Source of the DNA: Myxococcales bacterium
Lineage (GTDB): Bacteria; Myxococcota_A; Polyangia; Palsa-1104; JAEUJZ01
Reading direction: 5' to 3'
DNA: 64,000 nt
Assembly: GCA_016794505.1 (NCBI GenBank)
Contig: JAEUJZ010000076.1
Span: 1-64,000, forward strand
Both the position numbers and the translations under genes were made by a program. This document shows, in pieces, positions 9,748 through 18,277 of this stretch (the stretch's first letter is position 1; every line of letters begins with the position of its first letter). The notes under the pieces were generated by a model. The model saw nothing but the letters and a program-made list of their open reading frames with translations. It had not been told where the DNA came from and searched no databases.

Positions 9748-11237
9748 GATGGGCTGGCTCCGGTGCGATGGTTGAAGTCGTCGATCAAAGCATCCAAGCT
9801 GGCCACGCAAGATCGCAGTCGACGCCAAAAGGCTTGCGTGCGGCGCGCCACAAAGTCCTCGCAGCAGATGCCTTGCTGTTCCACCCAGGTGAAGTAACCG
9901 AGATTGAAGATGCGACGACGCTCGCTCGCGGTCAGCTCTAGGGTTGCATCGCTGTTGGCGCCTGCGATGTGTCGCCCAAAGACCTCGGCGGCATCCGAAG
10001 CATCGAAGCGACCAGCAAAGTCGCGCGCTCGCACCTTTTTGATCTCGGATTGGTATAGCTCGGCGCTATCGGTGGCCACGGTGATCACGGCATCGTCTTC
10101 GGACAGACGCAGCGTGTGGGCCAGCTTGATGGCTCCCACGATGTTGGCCAGACCCGACAGCCCAAGCTGCGAAAGCTCGGTCACAAGCGACCGCGCGATC
10201 GCGCGCCGACTGGCCAGCGCGTCACGTCCCGCTGGGGACTGCAGAAGACAAAACAGCTGGTCGCTGGCGCGATCAGAAACGCCGACGACAAAGTCCGTGT
10301 TCATGACGTTGTGGATCAGCGGCACATGCTTGTCACCAATGCCTTGGATGTTGTGCTCGCCAAAGCCGTTCTCAAGCAGCGTCGGACACTCCAGCGCTTC
10401 CAGTGCCGCGATGCGTACGGCATAGCGATCCTTCAGCCAATCGCCAGCTGCCAAGGTCCCGGCCGATCCCGTACCCGCGATGAAGGCGGCCAAGCGCAGC
10501 GGGGGATGATTGACTCGCGCAGCCTCGAAGATCTCGGCGAGCGCCGGCCCCGTGCAGGTGTAGTGCGAAAGATAATTCGAGAGCTCTTGGAACTGATTGA
10601 GGATCACGCTGCGTGGATCGGCGGCCAAGCGGTGGCAAGCGTCGTAGATCTCTTTGACGTTGCTCTCGCTGCCTGGTGTGGCGATGACATCGCTGGGATC
10701 TGCGACCCACTGTTTAAGCCAGGCAAAGCGCTCTGCCGACATGCCCGCAGGCAGCACAGCGACGCCCCGACAGCCCAGCAGCTTGGACACCGCAACCCCG
10801 CCGCGGCAGTAATTTCCCGTCGAGGGCCACACCGCGCGCTGCTGCGTCGGATCAAACTGCCCCGTCACCAAGCGGGACACCAGCGCCGCGTATGCGGGCA
10901 ACACTTTGTGCGCGCCGATCAGCGGAAAGTGTCGCGCCACCGCGACCAGGATCGCTGCCTTCACACCGGTCACCGATTCGGGCAAGTGCAGATACGCTGG
11001 AACCGTGCGCTGACCGCCCTGCTCGTCGTTGTACCAGTGGATGCGCAGCAAGTGACGTGAGTCGCTGGCAGAGCCTGCCGCAGCCTGCTTCAGGCTCGCG
11101 CGCAGAGCCGGTGACTGCCAGCCGGGATCGGCCAACTGAGCAAACGTCGGCAGATATACACCGCGGGCAGCTACATGCTGCACAGCGCGGGCATGCACGG
11201 CGGCATCTATGATCTCGGTCTTGGGAAGCAGCGTCAT
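9744..11237 (-). CDS. PLP-dependent fold-type II enzyme, cysteine-synthase/CBS-like, with N- and C-terminal extensions.
   Basis: PSTGNYCRGGVAVSKLLGCRGVAVLP is a cysteine-synthase-type glycine-rich loop. I take the start at MTLLPK (codon 54 of the track ORF). The upstream 53 codons are P/R/S-rich and overlap the amidohydrolase gene. Confidence 0.7.
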   Translation of the reverse strand: MTLLPKTEIIDAAVHARAVQHVAARGVYLPTFAQLADPGWQSPALRASLKQAAAGSASDSRHLLRIHWYNDEQGGQRTVPAYLHLPESVTGVKAAILVAVARHFPLIGAHKVLPAYAALVSRLVTGQFDPTQQRAVWPSTGNYCRGGVAVSKLLGCRGVAVLPAGMSAERFAWLKQWVADPSDVIATPGSESNVKEIYDACHRLAADPRSVILNQFQELSNYLSHYTCTGPALAEIFEAARVNHPPLRLAAFIAGTGSAGTLAAGDWLKDRYAVRIAALEALECPTLLENGFGEHNIQGIGDKHVPLIHNVMNTDFVVGVSDRASDQLFCLLQSPAGRDALASRRAIARSLVTELSQLGLSGLANIVGAIKLAHTLRLSEDDAVITVATDSAELYQSEIKKVRARDFAGRFDASDAAEVFGRHIAGANSDATLELTASERRRIFNLGYFTWVEQQGICCEDFVARRTQAFWRRLRSCVASLDALIDDFNHRTGASPS

Positions 11238-11298
11238 CAGTCTGGATCCTTGGCTGTGCCTGCGTTCTGGGTATGCCGGCTGCGAAAGCTGCCTGGGC

Positions 11299-12375
11299 TT
11301 ACTCGCGCGTCGCGGGCAGGTCCCGCATGCGCTGCCACAGCCGCTCGGCTTGCTGGGCGGCGTGGGTGCGGATCGCATCGATATCGTCGCCGACAAGCCG
11401 TCCGTTTTCGACGACCAAGCGACCGCCGATGCACACGCGGATCACGCGCCCATCCCGATCGCGAATCACGTCATCGGTCGCCAGATCGTCCGGCGAAAAG
11501 TGCTGCTGCAAGATCGCATGCCCCGCCGCAAGACGCGCCTGCGCCGTGGCGTCATCGTCGCCGTACGCGGCGCCGTGCTGACACAGGGCCTGCTGTTCTT
11601 GCGTCATGTCGGAAGGAAAGCCATCGCTGCCCAGCGCCACCCGCTTGCTGTGTCGCAGCGCCTGCGCATAGCCGACGCGATTTTTGTGATTCGAACGCGG
11701 GTTGTGAACCAGCCACAGGCCAAGCGCCTCGGCAGATCGCACCTGCTCGACATCCAAGTGGACCCCGTGCGCGAGGATCGAGCCAGCCGGCAAGGCGCCC
11801 AGACGAACGAGCCGCTCAAGCGGTCCGGGCTCGCCGCGGCGCTGCGCATCCAGCACATCGCAGCGATCTTCGGCGACGTGTACGTGCAAGGGAACGCGGT
11901 GCTCGTGACACAGTCGGCTCGCCAGCTCGATCGTCGCATCCGAGACGGTAAACGATGCATGCAGGCCCACCATGCCCCGCACCAAGCGGCGATGATTTTT
12001 CCGCAGGAAGCGCTGGCACTCAGCCAGGCCAGCGTGCCCTTCGTCGATTCCGCGGTTGCGCTCGCTGGCGCCGTAACAGAGCAGCGCACGCATCCCAAGC
12101 TGCTCGCAGACATCGGCCAGCACATCCAGCGAGCCGGCGATGCACTGCGGCGACTCATGGTGATCGATGATCGCGGTGGTGCCCCAAAGCAGCGCTTCAG
12201 CGACGTACAGGCGAGCCGCGGCGTACAAGCTGCTTTCGTCCAGCGCGCGGTCGAGTCGCCACCAAATGCGCTGCAAGATCTGCAAGAAATTCTGCGGTGG
12301 TACCGACGGTGCCGGCAGCCCCAGTGCAGCCAGGCCGCTGTACACGTGTGTGTGTGCGTTGACGTGGCCTTGCAT
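11299..12375 (-). CDS. Metal-dependent aminohydrolase of the TRZ/ATZ family (SsnA-like / MTA-SAH-deaminase-like).
   Basis: HxH metal motif NAHTHVY at the N-terminus, later VHNPRSNHKNRVG (NPxSNxK signature), and a C-terminal HxxD region. Confidence 0.75.
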   Translation of the reverse strand: MQGHVNAHTHVYSGLAALGLPAPSVPPQNFLQILQRIWWRLDRALDESSLYAAARLYVAEALLWGTTAIIDHHESPQCIAGSLDVLADVCEQLGMRALLCYGASERNRGIDEGHAGLAECQRFLRKNHRRLVRGMVGLHASFTVSDATIELASRLCHEHRVPLHVHVAEDRCDVLDAQRRGEPGPLERLVRLGALPAGSILAHGVHLDVEQVRSAEALGLWLVHNPRSNHKNRVGYAQALRHSKRVALGSDGFPSDMTQEQQALCQHGAAYGDDDATAQARLAAGHAILQQHFSPDDLATDDVIRDRDGRVIRVCIGGRLVVENGRLVGDDIDAIRTHAAQQAERLWQRMRDLPATRE

Positions 12376-12418
12376 GGGCTCAGCCTCTTTTGTCCTGCGT
12401 CATGTCGTGTTTGATACC
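12376..12418. promoter_or_regulatory. Short divergent promoter region between the SsnA-like operon and the YgfK/PreA-like gene.
   Basis: About 43 bp between divergent start codons. Confidence 0.3.
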
Positions 12419-14359
12419 ATGCGCCTGCCGCTTGGAGGTCGCATGGAGCTTTTGCCGCAGCCTTGGTCCTCGCTGTTGCGTCGCCTGCTATATGAGCTTG
12501 CGCGCGGTGAAGCGATCTACGATCTGCCGCCGCACCGCATGTGGCGTGGCGCCCAGCGTGATCTGTCGCTGTCGCTTTCGGGTCGCCGCGTCTCGACGCC
12601 TATCGGGCCGGCCGCGGGGCCGCATACGCAGCTTTCGCAGAACCTGGTGCTCGGCTATCTGGCCGGGGCGCGCATCTTTGAGCTCAAGACGATTCAGCGC
12701 AACGACACGCTGCGCATTGCCCGACCCTGCATCAGCGCGCGGGACCTCTGTTACAACGTCGAGTGGTCGCAAGAGCTTCGGCTGCCGCAGTCGCTGCAGG
12801 AATACGTCAAGGGCTGGCTGCTGATCCACACGCTGCGTCGGCGTCTGCTGCTGCGGCCCGCCGATGTTGACTTCGTCTTTGATGCCTCGGTGGGCTATGA
12901 CCTGGCAGGCATAACGTCCGATGCGGTGGCGCGCTTCATCGATGGCCTGCGCGATGCTCGGCCGACGATCCGCGCGCTGTGCGAGGATCTCGATCCCGCG
13001 CTGCGCCGCGCATTGCCCGACGACATTCCGCACGAAGTGAGCAACTGCGTCACGCTGTCGACGTTTCATGGCTGCCCGCCCGAAGAGATCGAGCGCATCG
13101 TCGAGCACTTGTTTACTCGGCACGCCGTCGATGTCGTGCTGAAGCTCAATCCGACGCTGTTGGGGCACGACGAGATCGCCGAGATCTTGATCGCGCAGCA
13201 CGGCTATCACGACCTTGTGCTGCACAAGCCGGCGTTCGCAAACGATCTCAACTGGAGCGATGCGCTGTCGCTGGTCGAGCGCTTGCGAGCCGCGGCCAAG
13301 CGCACCGGACGCGCGCTATCGGTCAAGTTCAGCAACACGCTGGTGGTTGAGAACCATCGCCAGATCCTGCCGGCCAGCGAGCCGCTTCTGTATCTGTCGG
13401 GTCAGCCGCTGCACCTGTTGGCCATCACGCTGGCCCAGCGCTTTGCGCAGGCGACGGCAGGAGCGGTGCCGATCTCGCTGTCGGGTGGCGTCGATCAGCA
13501 GAACTGCGCCGATGTCGTAGCCTGCGGAATCGCGCCGGTTACCGTGTGTACCGATCTTCTGCGCGCAGGTGGCTATGGCCGCTTGCCCAAGTACCTCGAC
13601 GGGATCGAGGCGGCTCTGGCCCGGCAGGGCGTCGAATCCGTCTCTGCGCTGGTGCAGAAAAACGGCGGCTTGCTCGCAGCGCTTTCGGCGTATGCGCCGA
13701 AGGTGCTGGCCGATGCTCGCTATGGCGCGGCCAAGAACGCCAAGGGCCCGCGCCGCGTCGACAGCGAGCTGCGCTTGTTCGACTGCTTAAGCTGCGATAA
13801 GTGCGTCGCCGTCTGTCCCAACGACGCCAACTTCCCCTTTACCACCGACCCTGTTCGGCCGCTTTCGACGATCGATCTGGTGATCGGCGACGATGGAACG
13901 CTGCGCAACGAGCCGGGGCCCAGCTTTGCCCTGACGGAAGCACACCAGATCGCGCACTTCGCCGACGCCTGCAACGCCTGCGGCAACTGCGATGTGTTCT
14001 GCCCCGAGTCGGGCGGACCCCACCAGGTCAAGCCGCGCTTCTTTTCCCAGACAAGCTACGACGCAAGCGCACCACACGACGGCTTTTTGCTGACCGAGGA
14101 CGGCCTGCGCGGGCGCTTTTCGGGCGTTGAGTATCGCTTGACACTACACAGCGATCGCCACGTGCTTTCCGACGGACAGATCGAGGTCGCGCTGGATCCC
14201 AGGCAGGGATCAGTGCTGCAGGCCCAGGCCCTGCCAAACGCCCAGCGAGGCCATCGCCTGCCCCTTTGGCGATACCACGCCATGCGGGCTCTGCATCATG
14301 GAGTGCGGTCGGGATCCAACCCGGTGTCGGCGCCGTTTCTGCCCCTTGGAAGCGGCTAG
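12419..14359 (+). CDS. Dihydroorotate/dihydropyrimidine-dehydrogenase-like TIM-barrel flavoenzyme with C-terminal 2x[4Fe-4S] ferredoxin domains (PreA / YgfK C-terminal-like).
   Basis: VSTPIGPAAGPHTQLSQNLVLGYLAGARIFELKTIQRND (DHOD-family N-terminus). Two CxxCxxCxxxCP motifs (CLSCDKCVAVCPND, CNACGNCDVFCPES). Start chosen at the ATG at 12419 (MRLPLGG…). Confidence 0.7.
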   Translation: MRLPLGGRMELLPQPWSSLLRRLLYELARGEAIYDLPPHRMWRGAQRDLSLSLSGRRVSTPIGPAAGPHTQLSQNLVLGYLAGARIFELKTIQRNDTLRIARPCISARDLCYNVEWSQELRLPQSLQEYVKGWLLIHTLRRRLLLRPADVDFVFDASVGYDLAGITSDAVARFIDGLRDARPTIRALCEDLDPALRRALPDDIPHEVSNCVTLSTFHGCPPEEIERIVEHLFTRHAVDVVLKLNPTLLGHDEIAEILIAQHGYHDLVLHKPAFANDLNWSDALSLVERLRAAAKRTGRALSVKFSNTLVVENHRQILPASEPLLYLSGQPLHLLAITLAQRFAQATAGAVPISLSGGVDQQNCADVVACGIAPVTVCTDLLRAGGYGRLPKYLDGIEAALARQGVESVSALVQKNGGLLAALSAYAPKVLADARYGAAKNAKGPRRVDSELRLFDCLSCDKCVAVCPNDANFPFTTDPVRPLSTIDLVIGDDGTLRNEPGPSFALTEAHQIAHFADACNACGNCDVFCPESGGPHQVKPRFFSQTSYDASAPHDGFLLTEDGLRGRFSGVEYRLTLHSDRHVLSDGQIEVALDPRQGSVLQAQALPNAQRGHRLPLWRYHAMRALHHGVRSGSNPVSAPFLPLGSG

Positions 14360-14371
14360 CGGCACGCCGTG

Positions 14372-15436
14372 CTACTTGGTCAGCGTGCGCGTGTATTCGA
14401 CTTTGCCGGTCTTGTCGATGAACTCAGCGGTCAGCGTGCGACCGACGATGGTCACGTACAGAAAGCCCAGCTCTTTCGACTGAAAGCGGAAGGCGTTGCG
14501 GCCGGGCAGATCGGTCGCGCTCGCTCCAGCGCCCGACACCGCAAGCTCGGTGCCTTTGCAGGTGCCGGTCAGCCACTGCCGGCTGTGATCGTGCCCTGAT
14601 AGGTACAGGTCGACCTTGCCGCAGACGTTGTCGTCGAAGAACTTCTTGACGTTCTGACCGCCCGCGATCGGCACGTACCATAGGCCGTCGTAGTTACCCG
14701 CGTTGCCGTGCTTGCCATTGGACAGATAGGGGTGATGGCCGAGCGCGATCTTCCACGTGGTCGTCGACGAGGCCAGCCAGCCAGCCAGCGCCATCTTTTG
14801 CTTGTCGATGTCGCGGTTGAACATCATCAGGTTGGTGTCCAGGCCAAAGAAGTCGACGTTTCCGACGGTGCGGCGGTAGTGCGCGGCCGGCAGCTTCCAC
14901 TTCATCGACTTGGCGGTATAGGCGACCTCGTGCGCGCCTTTGCCGAACTCCCACCCGGCGCCGTCCCCGCCGTAGTCATGGTTGCCAAGGACGACATAAA
15001 ACGGCAGCGCGATGGCCTTGTAGGGCTCTTCAAACTTGGTCTGCCACTGCGGATCGTCGACGCCTTTGACGCCGCTGTCATAGATGTTGTCGCCGAGAAG
15101 CTGCACAAAGTCGCAGCCGCGGCTGGCGCAGTGCTTTTCAATGGCAGCGGCCACATCTTTTTGGCCTTGGTTGCCCTTGCCGGTGTCGCCCATGGCCACG
15201 AAGCGCAGCGTCGGATCGACGGTCAGCGAGGGACGCTGTTCAGAGCTGCGCAGCTCATCGCCATCGCTTGCGACCTCGTCATCGCCCGCCTCTTCCACCC
15301 CATCTTCGACGTCGACTTCCTCTTCCCCGCCGCAGGCTGGCAAAAGAGAAAGGGGCAGCACCAGCAGCGATGCCGCCAAGGTTCTGCGAAGCGTGGATGA
15401 ACGACGAACCGACGATGGCAGATGGTTTGTACGCAT
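14372..15436 (-). CDS. Calcineurin-like metallophosphoesterase lipoprotein (purple-acid-phosphatase-like).
   Basis: Signal peptide with LLPACGG lipobox. Motifs GDTG, GDNIYD, GNHDY and GHHPY/GHDH. Confidence 0.75.
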   Translation of the reverse strand: MRTNHLPSSVRRSSTLRRTLAASLLVLPLSLLPACGGEEEVDVEDGVEEAGDDEVASDGDELRSSEQRPSLTVDPTLRFVAMGDTGKGNQGQKDVAAAIEKHCASRGCDFVQLLGDNIYDSGVKGVDDPQWQTKFEEPYKAIALPFYVVLGNHDYGGDGAGWEFGKGAHEVAYTAKSMKWKLPAAHYRRTVGNVDFFGLDTNLMMFNRDIDKQKMALAGWLASSTTTWKIALGHHPYLSNGKHGNAGNYDGLWYVPIAGGQNVKKFFDDNVCGKVDLYLSGHDHSRQWLTGTCKGTELAVSGAGASATDLPGRNAFRFQSKELGFLYVTIVGRTLTAEFIDKTGKVEYTRTLTK

Positions 15437-15603
15437 GCGCGCACTGTGCAAAAAGGCGCCCAATTTGTAAAGAGAGTGCCCTTGCCGTGCGCTGCAATGA
15501 ACGATGGACCGCGATCCGTACGCTGGCCCCGGATGAACGCATCCGAGTCGGTTCGCCAGGACTGCTTCGCGCTGCGGACGACGGTGTGCTCGAAAGCGCG
15601 TGG

Positions 15604-17550
15604 CTACAGTCGCTTGCAGGCCGCGACCTCGTCCAGGCCCGAGCGCGACGAGTCTTTGAGAATCGCGGTCGTCGGATCGTTGGGGTCGGGGGTGGCTGGC
15701 GAGCGACGAATCGGGTTATAGACCGTGGCATCGTCGCTGGCTTCGGTACCGCTGGCCGATAGGCGCACCAGGCCCCCGGTCACCAGGATGGTTCCATCGG
15801 CGGTCAAGACCTGCTGGTGCCCCAAGCGTCCTATCTGCAGCGCCGGAACCGCCGTCAGCGCCTGCGTCCCGACATCGAACAGCGACGCCTGCTTAAGAAC
15901 GCACAGCAGCTTGTTGACGGCCGGATCGTCGCTGTCGCACTCGTTGCAGCCGGTCAGGGGAACGCTGGGCGTACCGCCGGTAATCAGCACCTGCTTGCCC
16001 GACAACGTGGCGGTCGCCGCTTCAAAACCCGCGGCGCGGTAGTGTCCGTCCGCCACACCGCAGGTTCCGTTCGGCTTGTACGGCGTGATGGCGCGATAGC
16101 TGGGCGCACCGCTTGGCTGCGCTGGATTGCTCACGGTGTACAGACGCACGGCATCGCTCGACGGAGGCTGACGCGTGGTGTAGGGCGGTACGCTGTCCTG
16201 CACGAAGCCGCCGGTTACAAGGACCAGCCCCGGCTCGCTGCTGCTGCCGGCGCTGCCCAGCGGTGTCCCGACACGCGTGGCCGTGTGAAAGACGGTCGAA
16301 GGGCCCATGGCCGGAACGGCGGCGGGGTACTGAACTGCCGACGGCAAGCCGGCCGCGAACTGCACCTGCGGCTGCGCGCCGGCATCCGGGGGAAGCTTGG
16401 CGCCCAAGATCATGACGGTCGTCGCGCTGAGCGGCGTAACCGAGGGCGCAAGCAGCCAAGGCGCTGTGCCGCCACCGCTTGCAAACGTAGAGCTAGCTGA
16501 GCTGGCTGGGTTGCTGGCCGACGGATACAGGATCGCGATCTCGGCGAGGCTGCTGAGCATCGCGGGGCTGGATCGCGAAAACGGCAGCTGTGGGTTGAAC
16601 TGCGCACCGCCCGCGACGACCAGTCCACCGCCGGGCAGCGCGGCTCCTCCGGCAAGGCCGGTTTGATGCGTGCCGACATCCAGCTTGCTGACAGACAGAC
16701 TGCGGTCGGCCGAGTCATAGACCAAGAGCTCTGCGCCACCCGGCTTGGCCACTCCACCGGGCATCAGCCGAAGCTGCGTCGGGGCATCGGGGACGAACAG
16801 AGCCGGCTGGCTCGCGACCCCGGTCAAGCCGCCATACACGACCAGCAACGTCTTGGTTCCGCTGGTGGACACGACGGCCGCTTGGTGCATGGCGCGGGCG
16901 CTTACCGTGCCGGTCTGTGACGCCATGGGCAAGAAGCTGCCGACCCGTGGGTCGAACACCTCGACATCGCCAATCAGACCAAAGACATCAGGTCCCTGAG
17001 CCTTCAGAGCCTCGACACCGCCAACCAAGATCACTTCGCCGGTCGAAAGCGCCGTAGCCGAGTGAAAGCCGCGAGCCCGGCGCAGCTTGCTTGGCGGACA
17101 GCTCCAGCCCTCGGTTTCGTACATGTGCAGCGTCGGAGGCATGCCCCCACTGCTGCTCGGCAAAGAGAGCAAAGCGCCGCTCGCGACACGCTGGCCGCTG
17201 TCGTCAAAATACTCGCCATAGAACTCAAGCCCACTGCGTTCGCCGGGCCCCAGATCCAAGCTGAGTGCGTCGGTGGGAACCCGGCCTACGGCATCGCAGA
17301 TGAGCTCTCGACTGCCATCGCTCGCGCGGCGTGCCACCGTCAGGCGGACGCTGCCTCCGGCGCGCAGGGTCTCGGCATCGAGGGGCTGACCGCTGCTGGT
17401 CTGGACGCAGCCCCGCTGCTGTGGCTTCTGCGCCACGCGCATCCGCAGCAACGGATCGATCGTGCTGCGCCCGCAGCCACTTGCCGTCGCCACAAGCAGT
17501 GCAGAGCCAAGCCATACGGTGCCGCATCGAAGCAAAGAAGAGAGAGGCAT
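15604..17550 (-). CDS. Kelch / galactose-oxidase-type beta-propeller lipoprotein.
   Basis: Lipobox ASGC. Repeated LVVYGG / VVAGG / LVTGG / LITGG Kelch-blade motifs. Confidence 0.65.
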   Translation of the reverse strand: MPLSSLLRCGTVWLGSALLVATASGCGRSTIDPLLRMRVAQKPQQRGCVQTSSGQPLDAETLRAGGSVRLTVARRASDGSRELICDAVGRVPTDALSLDLGPGERSGLEFYGEYFDDSGQRVASGALLSLPSSSGGMPPTLHMYETEGWSCPPSKLRRARGFHSATALSTGEVILVGGVEALKAQGPDVFGLIGDVEVFDPRVGSFLPMASQTGTVSARAMHQAAVVSTSGTKTLLVVYGGLTGVASQPALFVPDAPTQLRLMPGGVAKPGGAELLVYDSADRSLSVSKLDVGTHQTGLAGGAALPGGGLVVAGGAQFNPQLPFSRSSPAMLSSLAEIAILYPSASNPASSASSTFASGGGTAPWLLAPSVTPLSATTVMILGAKLPPDAGAQPQVQFAAGLPSAVQYPAAVPAMGPSTVFHTATRVGTPLGSAGSSSEPGLVLVTGGFVQDSVPPYTTRQPPSSDAVRLYTVSNPAQPSGAPSYRAITPYKPNGTCGVADGHYRAAGFEAATATLSGKQVLITGGTPSVPLTGCNECDSDDPAVNKLLCVLKQASLFDVGTQALTAVPALQIGRLGHQQVLTADGTILVTGGLVRLSASGTEASDDATVYNPIRRSPATPDPNDPTTAILKDSSRSGLDEVAACKRL

Positions 17551-17694
17551 ACCCCACGGTATCGTGAGCGACGCGGCCAGGTCAACGAACCCGACGGCTC
17601 TGCAGCCGGCACAAGCGGGGGCGGACCAGGCCGGCTCAGACGGGCCGTGGTTTTGTGTGTCCGCTGATCGCGAACTTTGTTACTTTTTTTTGTT

Positions 17695-18198
17695 ATGAGC
17701 CTAGACATTTCCTACCAGGGACTTCCCATCACGCGACAGGCTAGCGGGCGCTTTGAGGACGGCGGCTTGTTCGTCGCCAGCGAAGCCCCCATGCCCGTCG
17801 CCACGGGGCTGCTTTTGGCGCTGGGTGAGCAGACGTTTTCCGGCAAGGTGCGGCGCGTCCGCGAAGGCAGCGGGGCCGGCATGCTGATCGTTTCAGCCGA
17901 CGGCAAGAAGTTCCCGCGCTGGCTGATGAGCCTGCACCCCGAGACCGCCGCTGCCTCGTCCGAGATCTTTGAGGCAGAGCCGCCCCCACCGCCGCCGGTT
18001 GTCGAGGCCCCCCCTGCCCCCGCTTCCGTCGAACCTGCTGTGGACGCGGCCCCGTCGGCTCATACTCCTGATGGCGACGGCGATGCAGCAGCCGGTGGCG
18101 CCGACGATGAGGACGACGCCAAGACCGCCAGCAAACCGAGCGATGGCAAAAAGCCCGGTGGCGGCAAGAAAAGCGGCAAGAAGCCGCGCAAGCGCTAG
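17695..18198 (+). CDS. Hypothetical protein with a Pro/Ala-rich linker and a Lys-rich C-terminal tail.
   Basis: Uninterrupted ORF with an ATG at 17695 and low-complexity PPPPPP…KKPGGGKKSGKKPRKR at the C-terminus. Confidence 0.4.
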   Translation: MSLDISYQGLPITRQASGRFEDGGLFVASEAPMPVATGLLLALGEQTFSGKVRRVREGSGAGMLIVSADGKKFPRWLMSLHPETAAASSEIFEAEPPPPPPVVEAPPAPASVEPAVDAAPSAHTPDGDGDAAAGGADDEDDAKTASKPSDGKKPGGGKKSGKKPRKR

Positions 18199-18277
18199 TT
18201 CGTATGCAGCGATCGGCGCACGGCCGCAGCGCTTTAGGGGACGTTGCGCGCCGTTGAGCGGAGCCAGCCCGTCGAGA

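Noticed and set aside
8389-9897. A 502-aa '+' ORF.
   Set aside because: It is antisense to the PLP threonine-synthase-like gene. Its Arg-rich low-complexity translation is a spurious shadow ORF.
10116-12414. Long '+' ORFs (10116-11060, 11175-11951, 11209-12414).
   Set aside because: They are antisense shadows of the cysteine-synthase-like and SsnA-like genes, with no domains and Arg/Pro bias.
14708-15400. A 230-aa '+' ORF inside the metallophosphoesterase gene.
   Set aside because: It is antisense and has no motifs. The minus-strand frame has a complete calcineurin-like signature.
17695-18198. A possible PilZ domain in the hypothetical protein (DISYQG resembles the DxSxxG motif).
   Set aside because: The obligatory upstream RxxxR motif is absent and the motif lies at the extreme N-terminus, so a PilZ assignment is not supportable.
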